A stretch of DNA of 59,759 nucleotides, the filler included, from Sphacelaria rigidula (taxonomy: Eukaryota): assembly GCA_964200075.2 (NCBI GenBank). It is 7 parts of 7 records of this genome, joined end to end, with 100 filler letters (N's around TTAATTAATTAA, not from the genome) between each part and the next. Parts side by side here need not be neighbours in the genome. Positions count along the whole stretch, not along the records: positions 8,554 to 17,005 come from CAXNAA020011086.1; positions 17,106 to 25,557 come from CAXNAA020011087.1; 5 more parts are not named here. One strand, given 5' to 3'. The notes below the pieces were generated by a model. It saw only the letters and a list, made by a program, of their open reading frames with translations. It had not been told where the DNA came from and ran no database searches. Positions 10,349 through 22,400 of this stretch are shown here, piece after piece (the stretch's first letter is position 1; each line of letters starts with the position of its first letter). Position numbers and translations under genes: made by a program.

Positions 10349-11799
10349 TTAACTCCCACTGCTGCTCCTCTCGAAAAGCTCTCTTCCAGCTGCTAGCAAC
10401 TTTTCTTCATCAGCTGTCAATACCACAATCGTGATCAATCGCACTATGGGCACCTCTAACCGTGCGACTCGTCGGGAAACGGGATCAAGGGGCAGTCCAA
10501 CAAATGAAAAAAAAATGTGCCCTCGTCTATAATACCTAGATAACTGAAAGACCACACATCATCATCAGCACAAGTGACTCCTACTAAAAGCAATATGTTG
10601 GGATGGCGTTGGTCGTTATCAATCGAAAAGCTCCGGATGCGGTCCCCCGCAGTGACCTGCAAAATCTTGAGATGACTAAAACCTTAAACCTTACTGACGT
10701 AATCATACAATCAAGTTTGGTGGTGGTTCCCCATTCCTACCTGCAGGTCCCCCGCAGTGACCTGCACAATCTTGGAATGACTAAAACCTTACTGACGTAA
10801 TCATACAATCAAGTTTGGTGGTGGTTCCCCACTCCTACCTGCAGGTCCCCCGCAGTGACCTGCACAATCTTGAGATGACTGAAACCTTACCGACGTAATC
10901 ATACAATCAAGTTTGGTGGCGGTCCCCCACTCCTACCTGCAACTATCGAGAAGACCCTCAACTTACTCTCATCAGGACTACATGAAGTGTAAACCATCAA
11001 TGCTGAGTTTCGGTACCCGCATCCGCATGGTCACGGCATCGGCATAAGTTCCTCTTCAAACCCTAACGTTTGAATATTTCGTCCCTACATGAACAGCAAT
11101 GTCGAGGTTTCTTTTACTGAGTTCCAAAACCGAGGGAAAAATCCAAGAAATGTAATGAATTATTATCTTGCTAGAATTTTTCATGCCAGCATCAGAACTC
11201 CCACCGGAAGAGTAATTACTATCCGTCACGTCACTTCTCATCAACACGTCCCTCGCCAGGTTCTTTTCTGTGCACTCGTACGTTCTGCCGGTGTATGCCA
11301 GAGCAGTGGGGCGCCTTGCATCATCGTATCCATGGATGAGAGGGATCATACCCAAAATAGTGCGGTCGTAGTAGATGAGCCGCAGTCTTTTCCCACGGCC
11401 ATTTGTTTTCCACGACTGGGTATGAGAGGGGTTCTGCGCAAGACCTTTTCCACCGAAGCCATGTAGCAGAGGTCGGTCTATATTTTTTGTTCGTAGTCTA
11501 CTGTTTAGTTCTGTTCTACTCGTACCTTTTCTGTTTCTTCTTTTTTCTTCAGCGAGTGTTTCAGCTCTGTTTTGTCTCCGGTACGTCTGCCATGTGACCA
11601 CGGCTGGATCCCTGGGGAGCCACTCAAAGTGCGACAATCTATCAAATCACCCAGTCAATCAAACCATCTGTTTCGTTGACTTATCAATTGGATTGATAAG
11701 CATAGCCTACAAGCTCTTGAACACAGCTACTTGTAGCTCACTTGAACCCCTGTTCCTCTATTTACTCGTCGCTGGTCTGATGGACAGTAACGCCTCTAC
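10349..11799 (-). CDS. Putative small-exon gene or pseudogene, 3' part (exons ~11765-11797, ~11219-11266, ~10967-11002, ~10349-10413)
   Basis: Four short AG/GT-bounded exons, all with phase-1 junctions, join as EALLSIRPATKKNLARDVLMRSDVTDTLMVYTSCSPDETDEEKLLAAGRELFERSSSGS*. Function not recognised. Confidence 0.45.
10641..10941. repeat. Tandem repeat, three copies of ~98-105 bp
   Basis: Units start GGTCCCCCGCAGTGACCTGCA at 10641, 10746 and 10844. They are near-identical with no spacers. Confidence 0.95.
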
Positions 11800-14700
11800 T
11801 GTTGTGAAGTGCACGCATGACCCCCACTATACCTACCGTTTGTCTGTCTTGTTGAATACATCAAATTGATCAAAACTTGGCCTGTTGATCACACTCGTGA
11901 GGTGCCCGTACGAGCCTGGAGATCACCGGCCGAGCTCTTGCGCGAAACGTCCCACACGGCAGCGGTTTCATGTACCGGCCTAACCCAGCCCAGCGAGACA
12001 AATCTCCCGTCTTGTCTGTCGCGGCGCTTGGATTATTTTACTGTTCCCGCGCTTACGGCGATGTGCAATCCACCGCGTGCCTCCTCTATTTCGCCTTCTG
12101 ATACCCAGGGTCCTGTAGGCAATGTCCCTTGCACCAGTGGGGACATGGCTACAGCAAGCTCATCCAGCTGCTCATGTTCGTTGTGCCGTCCGTGCTGGCC
12201 ATACTCCCTTTCATTTCAACGAATTCTGTGATATGTGAAATATCGCCGGCGCCACCTGCAGCCGGGGACCCAGCCATCTCTGTTCTCCGTATTTCTTGAG
12301 ACGGCGAATGTAAGTGTTTATTAAGTCGTAGTCTCTGCTCCAGTTGAATGGAGACAGCTGTCATAGCCGATCAGAGGGCACGGCTAATGATCGATTGGGG
12401 GTTGAATAGAAGACAGCAGTGCTATCAGTCAGTCAAAGAAGGGTGGACTAAAGAGGTACATGGCCACACACCCCACACGCTACAGTCGGTGACGTGTCGG
12501 AGACCGCTCTCGAAACACACAATCTACGTAAATCAACCCAAAATATCCGGAGATATCTGTGACCGCCATGACACAGGGTATAACCCTCTATGCGTGGCTG
12601 GTACAGTGCAATATCATCCCGCAGAAGCATCCCGTATCTTCTACTCATGCCTCCTCCAAGCAATAGACTTGCGATACAGTAGAGGGGTAAACTGGCAATG
12701 GGAAGCGCTTCCCATCGCGTGTCATTTGCCGGAATTCTCACAGCAATACCGAACGGCCGAATCCGAACCCTATCCTATATCTGCACTTGCTTCATGGTAT
12801 AAATCCGCTAGCGCTGGCGAGAGCGGTAGCGCACCGTAACGATGTGACTGACAGGGGTGACGACTGTGATATGTGCGATTGTCGGTAGTTGCACAACACC
12901 GTGCTTGAATCAGCCGTGTCGTGATGCTATGTGCCTCGAGATCCGTTTCGAGACGACGCGCGCAGCTTCTGTTCCATGGCTCCCTCGACGTGTGTGCGTG
13001 CTCGTCGGGCTACCGTTCTGTATTGATTCCCAGTTTCGTGATGTGGTGGCAAGGGTCAGTACGATAAGGGGGTGCTACTCTATCGTACTGTACACACGCT
13101 GGACAAATACAACAAACGAACAGTTGCCTGCTAATATCTCTCGGGTGTGATAGTCCAGCTCGGATAAAGCGGCGCTTGCGTCTGAGACTCACTACAACTA
13201 AAAACTCATTTTGCATGTTTTACATGTTTCACTGTTACGTGTAACTGCTGGATAGCACTGTTGGGCAACTAGTTGTCTTTGGACAACTAGCAAGAATATT
13301 GGGTAACTAGTCGCTTGCTGACAAGTACTCGATGAAGAGTTGATTGGTTGATTGATTGCCGCACTTTAACTGGCCCCCCAGGGATCCAGCCGTGGTCACA
13401 TGATAGACTGGCAATACTCTTTCAGAAAGCTGTACGACTATTATATTAATAGTAGCGAGTGAACAACTACTGGGTGAAAACCCGTGCAACTAGTCGTATG
13501 CAGATGACTACTGGGTGAGGAATTCATGCAACTACTTGCGTGCAGATAATTATCCCCCCCCCCCCACTATTACATACTCGTACCTCGGGTGTGAATGTAA
13601 CTACATGCACACCCTTGGACAATGGCATACCCTGTGTATGTGGTGGTGTGCGCGCGTGTGTGTTCATGGTTCGCAGCACGCACACCGCCCTACCCCAAAC
13701 TCGACAGCTAACGCTACTGTAACCCTAAACCCACACTTATGGTCCCGTGGTGCGCGTTAAATGGGTTTACATCTGGGTAATCTGCATTGGAAGGATACAC
13801 ATCTGGTAGCTGTACTACACTGCAGTGCACCCTTCTGCCTAACTTATGCAGGGTTCTCATTTCAACTGTGCGTTGTGCGGTGGTAGGGTGTCAATCTGGA
13901 GTAAGTGCGTTGATATTGTATAGACAAGGGCTTTGTGGGTTGGTAGGGTGAGAATCTGAGTTGTGTGCGTTTGTGGAGCGTACATGTTGATCAAACAACT
14001 TTGGGAGGATGTGAAATGTGATGAGAGGTGGTGGTTCAGACTTCACTCTGCTCCCATGTGTATCTGTCATTATCCAAGGGTGTACATGCAGTTGTATGCA
14101 CGCTCGAGTTGGTACTGCTGCGAGTTGCCTGCAGACACCCCCCGTCTGATGAAAATGATCGTATTCAACTCCAGCCAAGAACGCCAGGCAAGGCAGATCA
14201 ACAGCCCCGGCTCAAGTATGCATCCGCTGTCCTGGAACAGGGGGATAAGAAGTTGATGTGTGCTGTGTCTCAAATTTGGATTGTGTGGCGGGTGTGCACC
14301 GTACTGAGCACCATTGCGGCGCTGCTCTATGTTCCCCTTTAAGCGAAAACATTCGGTAAACAGGCAAACTTTTTTTTCCCGACGAGGCCGACTCGTACGG
14401 CGGGCAATCTGGATCTGAAATAACCACGTTCGATCACTCGGGTGGTTCGGGGAAAAAAGTGGATGTTCCATATCACCTGGACCAATCTGATGTGGTTTCG
14501 TTCATGCGATCACGGGGGAGTTGGTCGTGTCGAGCACATCACCGGTGCATAAAATAGGTTACACCTAAGAATAGTGTAAAGGTTCTAAACTTACTTCACT
14601 GTGTCGGATATTCACCATGCAGCGCATGGCAAACGTTTTTTTTTCGCTATCTGTGACACCTCTATCCCAGAGCAAAAGCATTGTCTTCCCTCGAAACCTT

Positions 14701-15751
14701 CACCCTAAGGACCCTGGGGCTCACGACCGACCCAAAGCGCGTTTGCTGGCCAGTCGTTTGTGCGGAGAATGATGTGTATCATAATACTCAACCACGCGCA
14801 GATGAACTTCAGAAGTGTGCAAAACAAACGATAACCGACAGCAGCATGTTGCGGTGGCTGATCGAGGCGGTTACACCATTCCGCTGCCCTCCGTGTATCA
14901 TCGAGCTGTGAGTCCTGTTGAGTTTAGTAGTGTTGGAGCGATGGCAACCCCGGCTACAACATCGCAATCCACCACGGTTGATGCATTCAACGACCGAAGC
15001 CCGAACGCTAGTCCGGCGCAGTCGCTTGCAACAGAGGTTTGTGAGAGGGACAAGCTCTCCGCTGCTGTGTCATGCACGCTGTTCGTGTGTGAGTCAACTT
15101 GTGCTCGTCCTGCTCAGTTGGGGTTGTGGGACGAGGGAAAATCTTCCCCTCATACCTCAGGCGCAGAAATGAAGATACCACACCACGTTCGTGCGCGCCG
15201 CCTCCAACACGTACACCCCGCATCAATCTCGCCACACCGTTCAGCTGTTCGCCAACGGCTGTTTGTGCTGATCACATACGTGTACTATGATTGACGCTTG
15301 TGTTTTTTGTGTTGTCTTGAGACGGCAAACTACCGCTGATGGAGGGCTACCTATGACGCGGGCATATGCGTGGCGAGGGCCCTTCCTCTGTAGGCGTCAT
15401 CATCTCTCCACCAAGAACAAGCACTCCGAACCTCCCCCAAGGCTGTTTTCTTTTTACCACTCAACTAGGGACCCCGGCCTTCGGCGGTTTAGCACAGGTT
15501 TTGATTGCTGGCACTTGGTCCCTGCCAATATCATTGGTTGAGCATGAGCAGAGAAAATGGAATATATATATATATATATAACTAGGCACCATGCCGACAT
15601 GGTGGCATGGGAGCCCCAGGCCTCGAAGAGTTCATCTTCATGGAGTCAAAGCCAGAACACAAGCTTCACCAAACTCTCCAATCACCTCCCGTTAAATTCA
15701 CACACTTTGTTTTTATCTCGCCGTGACCCTTGCTCGTCTTCGCAATTTCAG

Positions 15752-16247
15752 GGCCGGATCAAGTTCCACGACTACCTGGGCTCTTCCTGGGGACTGCTGT
15801 GCTCGCACCCTGCAGACTTCACTCCTGTTTGCACCACCGAGCTCGGCACGTGCGCCAAGCTCAACGCAGACGGTGAGGCTCATCAGTATCAGCAGTGTTC
15901 GTCTGGTTGAACTTTCAGCACACGCAAGACCATACTCCGGGTCTGCAGGGCATGCGATCATCCAATGGTGTCGTACTTCTTGGTGAAGCTATAATGTGCT
16001 TGTGTGCCTGCCGTGTGCGTCTACCGTTGTTTCACTCCCTGCTGCGTGGAGTGTTCAAGATATTCCACTCGTTGACCGGCATTGGTTTTTTACCCGTATA
16101 AGCAGGGGGGGAGTTCAAGAAGCGCGATGTAAAGGTTCTGTGCATCTCTTGCGACTCCCTTGAGTCTCATCAGGGCTGGGTGGGCGACATCGAGGCGCAC
16201 AGCGGCCACAAGATCAACTTCCCGCTAATTGCAGACGCAGACCGCAG
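15752..16247 (+). CDS. PRDX6: 1-Cys peroxiredoxin (Prx6 type), two internal exons 15752-15872 and 16106-16247
   Basis: GRIKFHDYLGSSWGLLCSHPADFTPVCTTELGTCAKLNAD + GGEFKKRDVKVLCISCDSLESHQGWVGDIEAHSGHKINFPLIADADR. The PVCTTE peroxidatic motif is present and the cag|/|gt sites give a matching phase 1. Confidence 0.93.
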
Positions 16248-16689
16248 GTATAATTCGCGGGTAGCCGTGTGACTGTGAAGTTTGCCGTGCCTCATGATGT
16301 GTTTACGTGCTATGATTGAAGCTGATGTCGATTCGAAGGTGGATCACAGCTGGGCCGCTCTACCCCGAGAAGCTCAATAAAAGCTCGATAAAAGTAAAGG
16401 TACAGCTTGCACAAATCCGAAACCGTCCGACACACGTATGTCAGAACCACGAGCCTATCTGGAAAAATATATGTTTTTTTTCACTCATTCTGTGTGCCTA
16501 ATACTCTGGAGCACACGATACCCTGGCTTGAACCGCCCTTCTCCTCGCTTTTCTTCTGGTATCCTCTATATCCTTGATAGATGTAAGCGAATTAACCGGC
16601 ACATACGTCCTTTTCTGAACGCTGAACACCGAAACGCCCCTCTTATGTACATGTTACGGCCCCCTACCCCCCTCCGCCGCTGTTGAGAC

Positions 16690-16960
16690 GCCCATGGGGC
16701 AGTGTGGAAAATGAAGCGAGTCATTCGAGGCTGTCGTCCATATGCAAGATAATGAGTACGCTTCGGGCCGAACAATCTTAGCAGGGTGCAGCTCACCCCC
16801 CATGCGGCTCTCCGCCCACGTCACGGCGCTTCGCGCTTGGTGATGCGAGCCTGGTCCAGCGACATCCCGGCGTGCTCCGTCCCGGCTTTGTAGGAATGCG
16901 AGGTCAATAGTCTTATGACTTTGGCATGCATGATCATGAGTACGCCCCCCCTCCCCCCCC
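16690..16960 (+). mobile_element. Retroposon family A copy between two C-rich tracts
   Basis: Matches ~310-630 and ends GATCATGAGTACGCCCCCCCTCCCCCCCC. Confidence 0.8.
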
Positions 16961-17164
16961 CGCCGCCGCACGAAAATATAAGCCGTTGCTGTCTCTGAAA
17001 GTGACNNNNNNNNNNNNNNNNNNNNNNNNNNNNNNNNNNNNNNNNNNNNTTAATTAATTAANNNNNNNNNNNNNNNNNNNNNNNNNNNNNNNNNNNNNNN
17101 NNNNNGGTATATCTCTTTCTTCTTTCTGGCAGGTCCAGGTCCCCCACCCGGTGGACAGAGGGGG

Positions 17165-19330
17165 GAAATTCATTGGCAACGAGTTCGAAAGTTAATGCCG
17201 GTAGACAGGAGTACTACTGGAGTAGGCAAACATCAATACAACAGAGCAAATCGACCTCTCCGAACGCATCCGGAGGACGCTCTCAGCCATGGTCCGGTGT
17301 ATGCTCGCCGACAGCGGTTCACCAACCTTTCGCTCGGAGGAACTGATGTTCACCGCGGCGCATCTTGCAAACAGAGCACTGCACTCTGCGCCTGGCGTGC
17401 AATCTCTGCATGAAATACGGAACCAGACCTACGACATCTTCGAGTTATCGGAGCCAGGGGTTTCGTACATACCGAGCGGCGAACCCAAAACCTAGCTCTC
17501 AAGGCAGTCGAACGGCGATTGATTGGGTACAGCAACGACGGCAGGAGCTACCGCGTCTTGAATCCAGCTACCTGACGTATTATGGCGAGCATCAACGTCG
17601 TCTGTATCGAGACACCGCTACGTAGTACGCCAACGGGTGACCACAGCTTCTGATACATCCGTGTCCACCCTGCGACGAGGAGCCTGGCGACAATAAGGAT
17701 TAGAACGACGCGACTGACGACGGTTTCCTACGCGACCTTCGCGACCCCACGTCCGTGCTAGCTCAACCAGCTCATGTCTATGCCTATCACGCTACTGCCA
17801 GCGGGGTCTCTAAGAATCCACAGGTGGCGGAGGTTCTGGAGGGAACCAGCGCCATCACCAGGTGGGATATGCTGCACGACGGTGCCACCCCTCGTGGAGG
17901 GACGCCGCCAGCGGGATCACCGAGGGCTTTAAACCGCCGGAGGAAACAAGGATACCTCCACAGGACGGAGCTGACCAATCCACGGAGACATCATCAACCG
18001 AATCGTCGCTGCACAGCCGACCTCGACACTTTTACCATCGAGTGACCTCTGCGGGGACCTGTGCAAGCATCGCAGCGCGCTCCTTCTGGGAATGCAACGC
18101 AACCACAACGCCAACATCGACTACCCAGCTTCCGTGTATCTTGCAGCGATCGTTATGGACAACACGTTTTCCTGGCTGCGGCTGGTGGCACTTGACACCA
18201 ATGCGCGTTCACCGGATGCCGCACACCAGACGTTTGAAACCGAATCAGTGGCGGAGTACGCCTACACCACGGCCAGCCCCTCAAACTGTTTTGCGGGGGA
18301 AAAGGCCGGAATAGTTCCGAGCACGTTCAATGAGGCCATGAGCCTGCCGGCACAGGAACCCTGGAAGGTGGATAACGTTTACACCCTCCGGTCGACTACC
18401 TTTGTCCCAAGCGGAAACGAGGTGATAGATTCTCGATGGGTCTATTAAGAACAAAGCAGGCAGCTGCTACAAGGTCCGAGTCGTCGTGCAGGGCTGGGGA
18501 CAAGTCGCCTGCGTCGACTGTGGCAGCACGTTTGCTCCGGTCTGCAGGATCCAGAGCACCCGCATGGTGTTGGCCATAGCGGTGGAGCACATTCTGGGGT
18601 GCTGGCAGCTGGACTACAACACTGGTATATTGAACGCTGAACTTGAGGAGGAAATGTATGTAAATTTGGCACCCGGATAAGCGGCCTTCGACGCCAACGA
18701 AACGCTGCTGGTAATGCGGCTTCGCAAAAGCCTCTACGGTCTTCGTCAAAGCCCAAAGTGCTAGTGAGGCACGGTCGACACACACCCGCTCGAGATCGGG
18801 TTTGAAAGCCGTGAGTCGAACCCCCTTGTATACATTTACCAGGAGAGAGGTGATGTCTACATAATAATCTTCTACGTTAAACACGTTGTACTGCTCGGGA
18901 ACGACTTCAAAATACTGGAAAATATCAAGGAGAAACAAATGAAACGTTTTTTTATAAGCGACATAGGAGAAGTGTCGTTGGTGCTCGGGGTGGAGTTTAC
19001 TCGTGACCGCGAGAGGACGATTAGTATTAACCAGAAAACAAGTCCTTGCTGGAGCGATACGGAATAGCGAACTGCAACCCGATGTACACCCCCGGGGTGG
19101 GACAGGAACTGTCAGTAGATCAGCCGCGGGACAAGCTGCTGAACAAGGAGATCAAACAGCTCTTCCAGGCCATCACACGCAGGGTTATGTACCTCCCACA
19201 GGTGACTCGCTATGTCATCGAATCCGTCGTTAATCAACTGACGCGGAAGATGACCAAATCGGCCAAGGCACACACGGCGGCGACTGGGCACTCACTGTGG
19301 TACTTGGCCGGGATTCCGAACTGCAGCGTA
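17165..19330 (+). mobile_element. Ty1/copia retrotransposon relic (integrase then RT), many stops and frameshifts, no LTR seen
   Basis: Integrase-like MVRCMLADSG..FTAAHLANR and IGYSNDGRSYRV precede RT motifs VPSTFNEAM, VIDSRWVY, TFAPVCRIQSTRMVLAIA, LNAELEEEMYV, LRKSLYGLRQSP and LERYGIANCNPMYTP. This is the copia domain order. Confidence 0.92.
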
Positions 19331-19417
19331 TATGTTATTCAAAATGCCACGTTAGGTCACGTACCGTTACTTCGTCCTGCAGATTCCGGTCAACGCCCGC
19401 GGTCGCCATAGAATTAC

Positions 19418-22400
19418 TCCTTCCTCGGAGTCTTCGGCCGGCATCCGACGCGGTGATGGAGCTTGAGGTGGTGAAGTTGGTCACTTCATTTTCGGGGTCG
19501 CTCTCCTCGGCAAGGTCAAGAGAAACCTGTCGTCAAAATATTTTGTAGACGATGGGCGGTTAGGGTGGGTGTAGCATCCCGAACCGTAACAAAAAACCCC
19601 GGTAAACATTATTCCTGTTTGCGGTCACCTTTACACAAAACACAGGCAGCAAGCGAAGTCGAGTGTTCCTGAAAATTGGGAAAAATGATTTCATGATGAC
19701 CGACTTTCGTTTAGACGTGCTGTGGTCGCGGCCATCTCTTCATCGACATTCTGAAGGCATCGCTGCTATGCTCACACTGGGCTTGGTGGTGACCGTAGGG
19801 CACTCGCACAACGGTGGCGCAGAGGTCCAAGACTGGAGTGAAAAAACACGCGCAACTGAAACCTACCCATTTAGGAGATGAACGAAGTTTCCCTCGCAGG
19901 CACCCACTGCTCAGAAGTATGCTTGCATTCTAGGGTCACGCATCGTGAGACCGTCATCAGCCACGCCGGTGGGTACACGTGGGATACCGAAATTTCCAGA
20001 TCGTGTCAGCCCAGCCAGTGAGTGACGGAGTGATTGCACGGATGGTGCAAAAAGTAGTAAAGTCTGCTTCTTTGAGAACAAAAAAGCGCTAAGAACACGT
20101 ACCTACCTCCGTCCAGGTCCGCCCGTCCATTGAGGGGGCTATTGTAGTCCCTGGCACGGATGAAGCCAAGAGACATCTATCATTGGCTCTATACTATCAA
20201 AGGCACATCAAAAAGCACAATACCAAGAGAGTGACATGTGTTGCGCCAATAGTACGTTTTGCGTTTACCTTGAGATCCACTGCAATCCATTCATCGCACT
20301 CGAACCTCTATACTACTCATGATTACTACTATTACCGTGAGACTCACTGCGCACCAGTCATCGCACCTAAACCTCCCAAGAAAAACTATATGTCACACTC
20401 CAAACCCATGTCTTGTCAAGCAGCAGGAGACTGCAATGTCGAAGTAACAGGTCGTATCTGTTGACACACCTCGACGTGAAATGTTTGCCAACAGCGATCG
20501 ATACCACTGTCTTTACGTGTCTTGAGTAGTACTGGTGTCGAGACAAAGGTGTTCGACACGTCGTTTCGGGGGGTATTTGATCGTTCAATTCACTTATGTC
20601 GGTGTGTGCTCATCATACCCTCGTATCCTGGAGTGAACGGGCTTGCAAGAAGAAACGCGCCTTGCCGACAGCAACATTCGATAACTGAAACGATGCAAAA
20701 CATGAGGTCAACCTCACCCCGACGCCCTGAAATCGAGCTCATGTCTTGTCGATGTTGACTCGAGTCATCCTACGATAGGGGGGAGGGGTATTTTGTGCCA
20801 CTTCTTGCACGAAATTTCAAGTCAAATCGTCGTTGAAAGCAGCGACGGTTGCTCGAACGAGCTTGTGATGGATAAATAACGCTCATTCATACCGATCGAC
20901 ACCGTTTTGAACCAAAGACGAGCGCACCGCGACTGTGGCAGGTCGCCTGACACACTTTTGAGCCTCTTTTTTCGTGCAACTAAACACCCCCCCCCGTATC
21001 GTAGGATGACTCACTCAATGTTCTAGTCGACTGCTCTAATGGAGGTTCTGTAGCCTAAAATGATTTCATCTCCGCTATTTTCATGGGATTTACAGCCGGC
21101 ACACTATAGCCAAGTGATCAGGACCGGTCATTTCCTTCCCTCCTCCGCTCCCCCCTCAATAAAAAGAACAGGCGCCGATCAGCACAATACGCTTATAAGC
21201 CCATTCGGCGTTGACCTCGATCCGGAACCGCATCATCTCGGCGGCCCTTCAATGACCGTAACCACGACGCAATACCCGAGTAACTCTTCTCTGTGTGCCA
21301 GCACCACTCTTCATAGCAACATACCCTTCAATCGGGGTCCTCAACCCTTCACCTGTGTTTGTCGCCGGACAAAACCCGTCGATTTTCAAGCAATTTCCAA
21401 TGGTGCGCCTGAGGTCTTACCATCTGAGGGGCTTGACATAAATGTGGCTAATACGAGATTTTGGGACCTCCGATTATTTCCGGAGAACTGAACGCTTCAT
21501 TGTGAATATGTAGGTGGTGTTATTTGGTGATGTTTTGCTTACGCTTTAATGCCGATGCAATAGACATGACGATAAGACGTACGCTACAGCCACAACTACC
21601 ATGTTTTTTAGATTGTCCCTCTTATCCTGTTTTTTTTCAAGTGCGGCATAAAACCCGCAACGAAACAAATATAAATAAAACAAGGCGACGAACAAAACCC
21701 ACAACATTCGTTCTACTCCACTACTGCGAATTCTGAATGCATAAAAAGCATGAAACGCTTCTGCGGCCAACCACGACATCCCCGCCTCTCCTCCGCGCCA
21801 CAGCTGAATGCCAAACATCGCTGGACGCATGGAGTGAAATAAGAGGTAGCCCGAACACAAACGAAACACCCAGTAGACATCATGGAGGTCAACTGTGCCC
21901 ACATCGTTATCCATTTACTAGTACACTCCTTGCTTGCACAAAAACAGCTCTACTGGAGTACGACATTACCTCGACCACGCAGACATCATCGGCCTCTCCT
22001 GCCTCGCAAGGAATAGACTTGAGGACAACTGTGGTGCCGTCCAGAAGCCTGGTGGTCTGTTTCCACAAGAAATTCTGTGCACAGGGAAAAGGGATCGGGG
22101 TAGAATTCAAAAAGAATATTCTCGCATCACGTATGTATTTTCCGTGCGTACAATGAGCACGTCCAAGGTATCGTAGCGACGCCGGGTATGTATACGGCCA
22201 ATCGGATCGACCAATTTCTCATGCAAACACCCGCTTGCATGTACTCATTAATTACTTGCTTTAGTCGTTTGACCATTGAACCCGCACCCCTCTCGAGATG
22301 GAGCAGGAGAGGGGACTCATTCGTTGCTTACCCTAGTCATTTGACCATTGATCACACATCTCTTTCGAGAGCACCGTTCCTACTCTTCTTATAGACACCT

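Noticed and set aside
10641..10941. CRISPR-like array (also considered for 51655-51910 and 35521-35980)
   Set aside because: The units are contiguous tandem repeats without unique spacers, there are no cas genes, and the context is eukaryotic.
10940..10980. Hammerhead ribozyme core on the minus strand (CTGATGA-GAG...CTC-GATA)
   Set aside because: It has GATA instead of the required GAAA, no convincing stems I and III, and it overlaps a predicted splice donor.
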